Assembly: GCA_964019425.1 (NCBI GenBank)
Contig: OZ025780.1
Span: forward strand, 558,001-622,000
Direction of reading: 5' to 3'
DNA: 64,000 nt
Source: Flectonema sp. DT1601
Lineage: Eukaryota
The notes under the pieces were generated by a model that was not told where the DNA came from, ran no database searches, and was given only the letters and a program-made list of their open reading frames with translations. Positions 11,232-21,958 of the stretch are shown piece by piece; within the stretch, counting starts at the first letter, position 1, and each line of letters begins with the position of its first letter. The position numbers were made by a program, and so were the translations under genes.

Positions 11232-11627
11232 ATCTCCCTGCTATCCTCATATCCCCACAATAATATTATACCTTTTCATTTTCTCTTTCCTTTTCTGGTC
11301 TTTTTTTTTTCTTTTTTTCCTTTTTCATACAACGTTTTTTATTTATATTTTATTTTTTTTTTTTTTTTTCATGTTTGATTATTTCCTCTTCATATTTTTT
11401 TTCTATTCTTTCTTTTTTTTTTTTTTTTTTTTTTTCTCTACCTCTCTCTTAATTCTGTTCGTTTCTTTGAAACGAAAATTCATTTGAATATTATTCCTTG
11501 GTCAGCAACCATCATTGTCGCCCTTTGGGCCTGTTAAAAAAAAAAAAAAAATAAAAAGAAAGTTTACGTCGGGAATAGGGCAGGAGCCAAAAGCTCCCAG
11601 TCCGTTACTTCCCACTTATCGAAATTC

Positions 11628-12083
11628 ATCCCTCTTTTTTACCTAAGTCTGACTACAAGACAATGGATGATATCCAGTTCCCGAGCTTCGAACAGTTTGG
11701 TATTCTCTTATCAAAGAAAAAAAACAAATGTGCCCCTGGTCCCAATTGCATACCTTATGTTGTATGGAAAAAGGTCCCAACTTTTATGGAAGCACTTTAC
11801 AAGGTATTAAAGAGAATTTTCGAACTCAAGGCCTATCCGGATAGTTGGGGCTTAGCATTTGTAACAATGCTCCCAAAGCCCAACTCCGATGGGAAAGACA
11901 TCTCGAAAACGAGACCGATAGCTGTGGGCAACTGCGACGGGAAAATTTTTAATACGGTTATTCAGGAAGCCGTCGCAAACCACACTCTTTCTAAATTTAA
12001 TTTTCAAAAAGGCTTTAGGAAAGGTGTCTCTGGGTGTATCGAACATGCCACGATCACCTCAGAGATTTTTAAAGAAGTGAAAG
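11628..12083 (+). CDS. Non-LTR RT subdomains 0-2
   Basis: APGPNCIPY, LPKP, TRPIAV, QKGFRKGVSGCIEH. Confidence 0.9.
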
Positions 12084-12995
12084 GAATAATCATCATCGTC
12101 CATATTGTGTAATTAAGACTGAATAAACAAAGGGATAATAAAATTATAGTGAATCAATGAAATAAAACATAAACTACTGACGTCGGGGTAATGTTGCATC
12201 TTCAAGAGGTCAGAAACCCAAGACTTTGAAAAGCACCGAGGTAAGAGCGGTGCAACAAGCCAAAAACAACAGGTATACAATAAACGAACCTCAAGAAGAA
12301 ACACCCAGGGTGGGATGGGTGGGAAATTCTTTTGTTTTAATATAAACAGAAAGAAGAGCAAAATTTGCTAAGGAAAGGAATTAAAATATAAGTTAAAAGT
12401 GTACCGATAAACTATAACGTCTCAAACACAGCGCTAACCAGTGCAACGAGAGCTAATAAATTCGATAAGCCACTGCTGAACCAACATCTTAGGTGCAGAG
12501 TGCATTTTAGATAAGGAAGGACATTTTTCATTTTCCGTTCCGCTAGGACAGAAAAGTAATAAGTATAAATAAATTTTCGACGTACCAGAGCCTGCATAGC
12601 CGAGTGGTTATGGTCGTCGACCTTAAATCGCTTACGTAGCCGTGGTCGGGGGTTCGATTCCTGGTCACGGCAGATTTTTTTGGTATTTTTAACCAGAAAA
12701 TTTTAAAGTAAAAACAAGTAAGAAAAAGAGCACAAAAGTGGACTTGGTGATCATTCCCTGAGTAAACTAAGAGAATAATCATCATCGTCCATATTGTGTA
12801 ATTAAGACTGAATAAACAAAGGGATAATAAAATTATAGTGAATCAATGAAATAAAACATAAACTACTGACGTCGGGGTAATGTTGCATCTTCAAGAGGTC
12901 AGAAACCCAAGACTTTGAAAAGCACCGAGGTAAGAGCGGTGCAACAAGCCAAAAACAACAGGTATACAATAAACGAACCTCAAGAAGAAACACCC
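12084..12995 (-). repeat. 3' split direct repeat block of the YR element
   Basis: ~223-bp repeat, 447-bp repeat, ~223-bp repeat. Confidence 0.92.
12590..12681 (+). ncRNA. tRNA-derived Pol III unit inside the terminal repeat (second copy 23450-23541)
   Basis: A box TAGCCGAGTGG, B box GGTTCGATTCC, T7 terminator; the acceptor stem does not pair. Confidence 0.65.
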
Positions 12996-13012
12996 CAACG
13001 CCAGTCAAGAAG

Positions 13013-13408
13013 GAATTTCGATAAGTGGGAAGTAACGGACTGGGAGCTTTTGGCTCCTGCCCTATTCCCGACGTAAACTTTCTTTTTATTTTTTTTTTTT
13101 TTTTAACAGGCCCAAAGGGCGACAATGATGGTTGCTGACCAAGGAATAATATTCAAATGAATTTTCGTTTCAAAGAAACGAACAGAATTAAGAGAGAGGT
13201 AGAGAAAAAAAAAAAAAAAAAAAAAAAGAAAGAATAGAAAAAAAATATGAAGAGGAAATAATCAAACATGAAAAAAAAAAAAAAAAATAAAATATAAATA
13301 AAAAACGTTGTATGAAAAAGGAAAAAAAGAAAAAAAAAAGACCAGAAAAGGAAAGAGAAAATGAAAAGGTATAATATTATTGTGGGGATATGAGGATAGC
13401 AGGGAGAT

Positions 13409-13446
<38 letters not shown>

Positions 13447-13699
13447 TTATTATTTAAAAAAAGGAAACAATCAGTTTAGCGTCTCGATCAGGACGGAAAA
13501 TAGAAATTAATCGACATAGTCGATCGATAGAAAAAAAACAATGATAACATTGTTTATTCCTTTTTTTTTTTTTTTTTTTTATTCTTTTTATTTATTTTTA
13601 AAGAAAAAACAATCAGTTTAGCGTCCTGACCAGGACGGAAAATTGAAAGTGATCCACATAGTCGATCGATAGAAAAAAGACAATGATAACATTGTTTAT

Positions 13700-13732
<33 letters not shown>

Positions 13733-14124
13733 CTTTTAATTATTTTAAAGAAAAAACAATCAGTTTAGCGTCTTGACCAGGACGGAAAATAGAAAGTGAT
13801 CGACATAGTCGATCGATAAAAAACAATGATAACATTGTTTATTCCTTTTTTTTTTCTTTTTTTTTTATTCTTTTTATTTATTTTTAAAGAAAAAACAATC
13901 AGTTTAGCGTCCTGACCAGGACGGAAAATAGAAAGTAATCGACATAGTCGATCGATAAAAAAAAAACAATGATAACATTGTTTATTCCTTTTTTTTTTCT
14001 TTTTTTTTATTCTTTTTATTTATTTTTAAAGAAAAAACAATCAGTTTAGCGTCCTGACCAGGACGGAAAATTGAAAGTGATCGACATAGTCGATCGATAA
14101 AAAAACAATGATAACATTGTTTAT

Positions 14125-14155
<31 letters not shown>

Positions 14156-14929
14156 CCTTTTAATTATTTTTTAAAGAAAAAACAATCAGTTTAGCGTCTT
14201 GACCAGGACGGAAAATAGAAAGTGATCGACATAGTCGATCGATAAAAAACAATGATAACATTGTTTATTCTTTTTTTTTTTTTTTTTTTTTTTTAATCCT
14301 TTTTATTATTTTAAAGAAAAAACAATCAGTTTAGCGTCTTGACCAGGACGGAAAATAGAAAGTGATCGACATAGTCGATCGATAAAAAAACAATGATAAC
14401 ATTGTTTATTCTTTTTTTTTTTTTTTTTTTAAATTCTTTTTATTTATTTTTAAAGAAAAAAAACGGAAAATAAAAATTAGTCGACAAAGTCGAACGATAA
14501 AAAAAAACAATGATAACATTGTTTATTCTTTTTTTTTTTGTTTTTTTTTATATTCTTTTTTATTAATTTTGAAAAAAAAACAATCAGTTTAGCGTCTTGA
14601 CCAGGACGGAAAATAGAAAGTAATCGACATAGTCGATCGATAAAAAAAACAATGATAACATTGTTTACTCTTTTTTTTTTTTTTTTTTAAATTCTTTTTA
14701 TTTTAAAAAGAAAAAAAACGGAAAATAGAAATTAGTCAACAAAGTCGAACGATAAAAAAAAAAACAATGATAACATTGTTTATTCTTTTTTTTTTATTTT
14801 TTTTTTTATATTCTTTTTTATTAATTTTGAAAAAAAAAACAATCAGTTTAGCGTCTTGACCAGGACGGAAAATAGAAAGTGATCGACATAGTCGATCGAT
14901 AAAAAAAAAACAATGATAACATTGTTTAT

Positions 14930-14966
<37 letters not shown>

Positions 14967-16326
14967 CTTTTTTTTTTTTTAAAGAAAAAACAATCAGTTT
15001 AGCGTCTTGACCAGGACGGAAAATAGAAAGTAATCGACATAGTCGATCGATAAAAAAAACAATGATAACATTGTTTATTCTTTTTTTTTTTTTTTTTAAA
15101 TCTTTTTATTTATTTTTTAAAAAGAAAAAAAAAAAACGGAAAATAGAAATTAGTCAACAACGTCGAACGATAAAAAAAAAAACAATGATAACATTGTTTA
15201 TTCTTTTTTTTTTTATTTTTTTTTGTATTCTTTTTTATTAATTTTGAAAAAAAAACAATCAGTTTTGCGTCTTGACCAGGACGGAAAATAGAAAGTGATC
15301 GACATAGTCGATCGATAAAAAAACAATGATAACATTGTTTATTCTTTTTTTTTTTTTTTTTTTTTTTAAATCCTTTTTATTATTTTTAAAGAAAAAACAA
15401 TCAGTTTAGCGTCTTGACCAGGACGAAAAATAGAAAGTGATCGACATAGTCGATCGATAAAAAAACAATGATAACATTGTTTATTCTTTTTTTTTTTTTT
15501 CTTCTTTTTTTTAAATCCTTCTTTTTATTTTTTAAAGAAAAAACAATCAGTTTAGCGTCTTGACCAGGACGGAAAATAGAAAGTAATCGACATAGTCGAT
15601 CGATAAAATAAAAACAATGATAACATTGTTTATTCCTTTTTTTTTTTTTTTTATTCTTTTTATTTATTTTTAAAGAAAAAAACGGAAAATAGAAAGTAAT
15701 CGACATAGTCGATCGATAAAAAAACAATGATAACATTGTTTATTCTTTTTTTTTTTTTTTTTTTTTTAAATTCTTTTTATTTATTTTTTAAGAAAAAAAC
15801 GGAGAATAGAAATTAGTCGACAAAGTCGAACGATAAAAAAACAATGATAACATTGTTTATTCTTTTTTTTATTTTTTTTTTTATATTCTTTTTTATTAAT
15901 TTTGAAAAAAAAAAAAAAACAATCAGTTTAGCGTCTTGACCAGGACGGAAAATAGAAAGTAATCGACATAGTCGATCGATAAAAATACAATGATAACATT
16001 GTTTAATCTTTTATAATTTTTTATTTTTTTTTTTGTTTTAAAAAAAAAAAAAAAAAACAAGCGGAATTGATCATAATGGGTGGTAGGGGTTGTTATAACT
16101 TCGTTTGAAAATTCTTCTTTTTTGATTTCTTTTTTTTTTTCTTTTTACAGGAGTTAAGATCACTTTCAGGAGACAACACATTAACAAGAGCAGCAAGCAG
16201 AGTTGACACTATCAATTCAAATTTGAAATACCGGGAATTAATTTACAAGGAGGTATCTCAAGTGACTTGGTATCTCTAGCGTGTCGGTATCTCTGGAGTG
16301 CTGGTATCTCGTATGTGCGTTGGTAT
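13013..16326 (-). mobile_element. Family B element, 5'-truncated copy 2 (inverted)
   Basis: Reverse complement of ~8175-11627, lacking one satellite unit. Confidence 0.92.
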
Positions 16327-16351
16327 TGATAATAAAATATTAAAATTAAGA

Positions 16352-17183
16352 AGTTGAATTTCCAGGTGAGATTTGGACTGTTAGCTTTTGGCTAAGGCCC
16401 TCCCTGAAGAGCAAGAACAAAAAAACTACTCACACCTGAAGAAAACATACACAAAGAACACACTGTAAGCTGTGTGTGTATTTTGTGTTTGTCACAACAG
16501 GAGAGAAAAGAAAGAATGTCAAGGTTGGTCACCTTGCCTATCAACGCACAACATTGGTGGTCTCTACTAGACCCTGAGTGATCCCACTGGATCTCTCATC
16601 GTTCATAGTACCCTGTGTGAAGTTATAAAATCAAAGGTAAACTATGAACTACAAATGACTTAGCCTGTTATTATAATGCCACAGGCAGGCCCTGCATTCA
16701 GCAACTATCCAGCAGTGCTTGGATGTCCTGATCTTCTTCTAAAAAAAAGAAAGAAAAACAAAACTGTAGCTGGGATCACTCAGGATCAACAGACTACCAA
16801 TGCTACCTGTTGTACTTGCTCACTATGGGGGGTGATGCCAAACACCCAGAAGTACTAAACTGCTTTCCTTCTTGCTGCCCAGGAGTTTCTGACCAGAACT
16901 AATAGAAAATAAAAAGTAGATGGGAAACAATAAAAAGTAAAATGGATATAACTGAAGTTAAACAAGACAAATGAAGTAACAGACCAGAACAGAAAGAGGA
17001 TTGTAATAGAAGATTACAAATAAAAAAAATGCAAGTATCAACACATGATTAAGATACACCAGCAGCTAACAAACAACATAAAATTGAAGATCAGTTGCCA
17101 GAGTATTTCAACCATGGTAGAATACTCGCCCCTCTGGCAGGGATTATCCCAGACTTGTCCTTTAATTTGGTTGGACACCATGG
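16352..17183 (-). mobile_element. Family A, truncated inverted copy in the YR element 3' UTR
   Basis: Reverse complement of ~2921-3751. Confidence 0.9.
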
Positions 17184-17200
17184 GTTAAAATTAAGTGTAC

Positions 17201-18364
17201 TTAAGTGCGGAAGAACAACCCCACCGCTTGTATGACTTGAGACCGGAGTTTTTCAGATGACAGCTGCCCATAGGAAGTCCTTGAAGGACCATCTGCAGGA
17301 TTCAGAGCAGATCTAACATATCTGATGTTGAAAACCAACTCTCTCATCGCAAGCCAATCAGAAACTGCGAGTACTAAGTCATTCAAGATTTTGTTTTTCT
17401 GACACTGTCTCTTTCTAACTGCCCCCATCACGGAAGTGTTGTCAACTCTTATATCCAACTGAAACCCTTGCAAATTCCAATCATTCAAAGCCAATAATGA
17501 GTTATGAAGAGCTTTCGCCTCAAGAATATTGATATGAAGACCTCTCTCTTTCCTCCATACATCGCCAACCACAGTCAACGCCCCTGATTGCTCAACAACT
17601 ACACCTCCCCAACCTTCCAAAGAAGCGTCGACAAAGAGAGTCAAACACTTTGACACCGATAATTTTTTCTTAATAATCCTGATCCCTACTGCATCAGATA
17701 GCCAACGAGATAATTCCAATCGAATAGAACGGGGAACAAGAACCGTCTCATCAAGACCAAGGAGACCTCGATTAATCTTGTTTATTACTCTTCTAATAAA
17801 CTTCAGAGTAAACCAAAACCTACCAGGAGATATTCCAGAAACCGCCGATGCATGCATTAGCCTGCCCATCAACGACTCCAAACCACTGGCAGTAATCAAA
17901 GTCAAATCAACAGCAGCCAATTTTCCTTGTAGTCTTTCAGACACTACAACAGATCTATCTTGGTGATTGAAACGCACACCTAAGAAATCATACTCTTCTG
18001 CCAAATTAAATGAATCTAATTCCTTCCATGTTGATGAAGCCTTCTTTGCAATAAGATCGAGTTGAGCAGTTCTCATAGCTACATCCTTCCTCGAACCAGA
18101 ATACCTGATGTTGTCGATCCAGGCATCGACTCTCACATCATGAACAGCTATGTCAGATCTAACATAGTCCGGATGACCCGCAATGGTAGCAGCCAATGTG
18201 TGCATAATTTCTGGTGCACAAGAATGACCCATTGGCAACCGAGTCAATTCGAAATACTGCCCATCGTCCGATCTAAAACCAAATAACTTGCGAGCATCAT
18301 GAGGAATCTCGACCTGATAAAAACCAGTTCTGAAATCCCTTCCGCTTGCACAATCAAATAGAAC
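17201..18364 (-). CDS. YR-retrotransposon RT core and RNase H
   Basis: RDFRTGFYQV, RLPMG, WIDN, FLG, LFVDAS, HINILE, VDN, NPADGPSR; frame is open upstream of 18247 to the insertion. Confidence 0.92.
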   Translation of the reverse strand, partial: VLFDCASGRDFRTGFYQVEIPHDARKLFGFRSDDGQYFELTRLPMGHSCAPEIMHTLAATIAGHPDYVRSDIAVHDVRVDAWIDNIRYSGSRKDVAMRTAQLDLIAKKASSTWKELDSFNLAEEYDFLGVRFNHQDRSVVVSERLQGKLAAVDLTLITASGLESLMGRLMHASAVSGISPGRFWFTLKFIRRVINKINRGLLGLDETVLVPRSIRLELSRWLSDAVGIRIIKKKLSVSKCLTLFVDASLEGWGGVVVEQSGALTVVGDVWRKERGLHINILEAKALHNSLLALNDWNLQGFQLDIRVDNTSVMGAVRKRQCQKNKILNDLVLAVSDWLAMRELVFNIRYVRSALNPADGPSRTSYGQLSSEKLRSQVIQAVGLFFRT

Positions 18365-18367
18365 GGG

Positions 18368-20248
18368 GGGTGTTTGGCATCACCCCCCATAGTGAGCAAG
18401 TACAACAGGTAGCATTGGTAGTCTGTTGATCCTGAGTGATCCCAGCTACAGTTTTGTTTTTCTTTCTTTTTTTTAGAAGAAGATCAGGACATCCAAGCAC
18501 TGCTGGATAGTTGCTGAATGCAGGGCCTGCCTGTGGCATTATAATAACAGGCTAAGTCATTTGTAGTTCATAGTTTACCTTTGATTTTATAACTTCACAC
18601 AGGGTACTATGAACGATGAGAGATCCAGTGGGATCACTCAGGGTCTAGTAGAGACCACCAATGTTGTGCGTTGATAGGCAAGGTGACCAACCTTGACATT
18701 CTTTCTTTTCTCTCCTGTTGTGACAAACACAAAATACACACACAGCTTACAGTGTGTTATTTGTGTATGTTTTCTTCAGGTGTGAGTAGTTTTTTTGTTC
18801 TTGCTCTTCAGGGAGGGCCTTAGCCAAAAGCTAACAGTCCAAATCTCACCTGGTAATTCAACTCAGTCCTTGTCAGTTTTGGCATCAAACTTGTAATGGT
18901 TTAATCATTACAGGTTATTTACTGAAATATTTGTTCTAAAAGTTGCTAAGTATTTCTCACTTAGAAATTTTTTATTTTTTTATTTTCAGCTTAATTAGCT
19001 ACAAATTGTTTCTACTAAGTGTTTCTCACTTAGATTTTTTTTTTGCTTTTCAGCTCCTTAAAAGCTGCTAAGTGTTTCTGCTAAGTGTTTCTCACTTAGA
19101 ATTTTATTTTTATGTTCGTTTTCTATCCCTTCTCCTATCCCTTTTGTTCAAAATAAGCGGGAGGAAATTCTCTCATTCACGCTAAGATGCACTCTGAACT
19201 TTGATTTTTTGATCTGAGTGTGAGGGAATGACCTGTTAGTGCATTGGGCATAGGCTGGGCTGCAGTTTAGATGTCTTAGGTGTTAATAGGGGGTTCCTCT
19301 TAGCATTTTTCTTTGTTCCCACCTTATGATTTTCTTGAAGAAAAAAAATAGAAGTCATAATGGTGCTTCCCTCTGGAAGGGTTGTAAGCCATGGTGTCCA
19401 ACTAAATTAAAGGACAAGTCTGGGATAATCCCTGCCAGAGGGGCGAGTATTCTACCATGGTTGAAATACTCTGGCAACTGATCTTCAATTTTATGTTGTT
19501 TGTTAGCTGCTGGTGTAATTAAATCATGTGTTGATACTTGCATTTGTTTATTTGTTATCTTTTACTACAATAACGCTTGCCTATATCTTTTCTTTTTATT
19601 CCCTATCTGTTCTGATCTGTTACTTCATTTGTCTTGTTTAACTTCAGTTATATGCATTTTACTTTTTATTGTTTCCCATCTACTTTTTATTTTCTATTAG
19701 TTCTGGTCAGAAACTCCTGGGCAGCAAGAAGGAAAGTAGTTTAGTACTTCTGGGTGTTTGGCATCACCCCCCATAGTGAGCAAGTACAACAGGTAGCATT
19801 GGTAGTCTGTTGATCCTGAGTGATCCCAGCTACAGTTTTGTTTTTCTTTCTTTTTTTTAGAAGAAGATCAGGACATCCAAGCACTGCTGGATAGTTGCTG
19901 AATGCAGGGCCTGCCTGTGGCATTATAATAACAGGCTAAGTCATTTGTAGTTCATAGTTTACCTTTGATTTTATAACTTCACACAGGGTACTATGAACGA
20001 TGAGAGATCCAGTGGGATCACTCAGGGTCTAGTAGAGACCACCAATGTTGTGCGTTGATAGGCAAGGTGACCAACCTTGACATTCTTTCTTTTCTCTCCT
20101 GTTGTGACAAACACAAAATACACACACAGCTTACAGTGTGTTATTTGTGTATGTTTTCTTCAGGTGTGAGTAGTTTTTTTGTTCTTGCTCTTCAGGGAGG
20201 GCCTTAGCCAAAAGCTAACAGTCCAAATCTCACCTGGTAATTCAACTC
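18368..20248 (+). mobile_element. Family A partial tandem disrupting the RT ORF
   Basis: Conserved ends at 18864 and 20248; splits ..YLDS|VLFDC.. Confidence 0.9.
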
Positions 20249-21958
20249 ACTCGAGTCGAGGTATTCTGAGATGTGTCCCAAGGGCACATCAGCAATGTAA
20301 CCATCATCAACCAGACGCTCGTTAGACTGCTTCGTCCAAAGAATAAACCTCTGACGTAATCCTGTTGCTTTCTGTTCAATTACAGTGAACGGAACATTTT
20401 CAACTAAACCAGGCTTCGATGTCTTCTGTGCGATCCCATTCTCCACCAGTAAATCTGCATGAGTACGAGAAAATGAACTCTCCGGTCTAACCGTCTTTGA
20501 AAAATTCAGCACATGATCGAGTTCAGTATGGAAATCAAGTGTAGGAGCATGAGAAACAAGCGAATCAGTGGATCTGGTATTGTGGCAAACTTTATGTGGA
20601 AAAAATGTTAAATCCCATACAAACTCAAATCTTTTCAGTCGCTTTTGCGACATTCTTTCCTTTACAAACGAAATTAACATGGGTTCAATTTTGGTTACAT
20701 GCAGGGGGGAATTCTTCTCCTCTAATGATCTTGGTAATACCGACCTCTTCGGTCGCCTACAAATATTGTGCTTTCTTACAACAATACTGTTATCTCGTCC
20801 GTCCTTAACGCTCGAGCCATACACATCGGATCTCCTCCATACCGGATCGTCACCCCTGAGAACGGATCGTTCTTCGATGAATGCTTTAGTAGCCTTCCCA
20901 TCACCACCTCGTCGACCCTTCTTCCAGTTGACATGATACCCATGATATGAGAAATCGCGCCCCTCTTTATTGAATGCGCCGAATATTTTCCCATTACTGC
21001 ATCCCTTCTCCACAACGCATCCAATCCCCTTGTTGAAACCTTTGTCAGACTTACAAAGTCCCCTAGAACCAGCAAACCCTGGGCTATCTCTGGAGTCAAA
21101 AAGCCTTTTATCACTACCCATCTCGATGGTTTGAAAGGATCTTCCCTCCGTCCCTTCGGAACATCCCACCAATCCACAATTATTTCCTCCACAGAAATGA
21201 AAACGAAATTTCTTCTCCCCAGCTTCCATACCTCCCCCCATCTCGCCGCCGATTTCCATGCGATCAGTAAGCCCGTCTTCAGCTGAACATCTTGCTTCAT
21301 TGCCCACGCAATCAAAACAGAACGATTTATCGGTTCCGCCTGCTCCAACGGCACCGCAGCGCCGTCTGCCCTTAGCGCCGCCGCTAGCTGCTTCAATGTC
21401 TCGTTCTCCAATCCCATCCTCTTCAGCATGCCTGAGAACGCCTTTGCGTAGGCCAACATTCCTTGCTTCGATACCTTTGTCGCTGTCACAAACAACGCAA
21501 CTGTATCCTGATTTACAGGGACATCGTTTCTCTCCACCCAAATTAGCAGACGGTCCCACAAGCATTGTCGACTTCTCATTGTGCTTTGCGCCCAGATCTT
21601 CCCGGCGATTTGTTCCATCACCATTAACGAGTCGGTCAAATCCGACGTGTACTCTCTGTTCCGTACCCGCTGAATCTTCCTTACTTGATCCTCGATCTGG
21701 TTTTTCATAAGGCTTCCAATCAATGTGGAAACCTCTGCTCCTTCCGACTGCATGAGATTCTCCCTTATCTCCCAAATCCGTTCCGGAATAAGGGTCGACC
21801 CTTCTGACACCGACTTTCCTAGGGAAACCTTTCCTGAACCTTTGATACCATGGAAATTCTGAAAACTTGCTGGACCAACGCGGACTAAACACCGCTTTAC
21901 TTGCTCGGGGCTGGCCTCGGTTCACTTTTGACCTTTGCCAGCCCCCCCAACGTTTCCC
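20249..21958 (-). CDS. N-terminal part of the Pol (RT) frame, overlapping the whole YR ORF
   Basis: Open from the slippery site; PLHV..NVPFTVIE..RQRFILW is homologous to 43570-43960. Confidence 0.75.
20776..21810 (-). CDS. Tyrosine recombinase
   Basis: AARWGE (R), PKG (K), HSIKR (HxxR), LKH, TIRY (Y); start uncertain. Confidence 0.92.
   Translation of the reverse strand: MSEGSTLIPERIWEIRENLMQSEGAEVSTLIGSLMKNQIEDQVRKIQRVRNREYTSDLTDSLMVMEQIAGKIWAQSTMRSRQCLWDRLLIWVERNDVPVNQDTVALFVTATKVSKQGMLAYAKAFSGMLKRMGLENETLKQLAAALRADGAAVPLEQAEPINRSVLIAWAMKQDVQLKTGLLIAWKSAARWGEVWKLGRRNFVFISVEEIIVDWWDVPKGRREDPFKPSRWVVIKGFLTPEIAQGLLVLGDFVSLTKVSTRGLDALWRRDAVMGKYSAHSIKRGAISHIMGIMSTGRRVDEVVMGRLLKHSSKNDPFSGVTIRYGGDPMCMARALRTDEITVLL
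21907..21958 (-). promoter_or_regulatory. Putative -1 ribosomal frameshift signal
   Basis: In-phase G GGA AAC, 6-nt spacer, 9-bp stem GGGGCTGGC/GCCAGCCCC. Confidence 0.75.

Larger units (their letters stand above)
6377..11627 (+). mobile_element. Family B element, 5'-truncated copy 1
   Basis: Colinear with ~29916-36974; fixed end ...TATCGAAATTC; removing it restores the host ORF. Confidence 0.9.

Noticed and set aside
1997..11627. Hammerhead ribozymes in families A and B
   Set aside because: CTGANGA-like words (for example near 6671) lack a correctly placed GAAA and stems.
12590..12672. Functional or suppressor tRNA with a TTA-like anticodon
   Set aside because: Acceptor and anticodon stems do not pair canonically.
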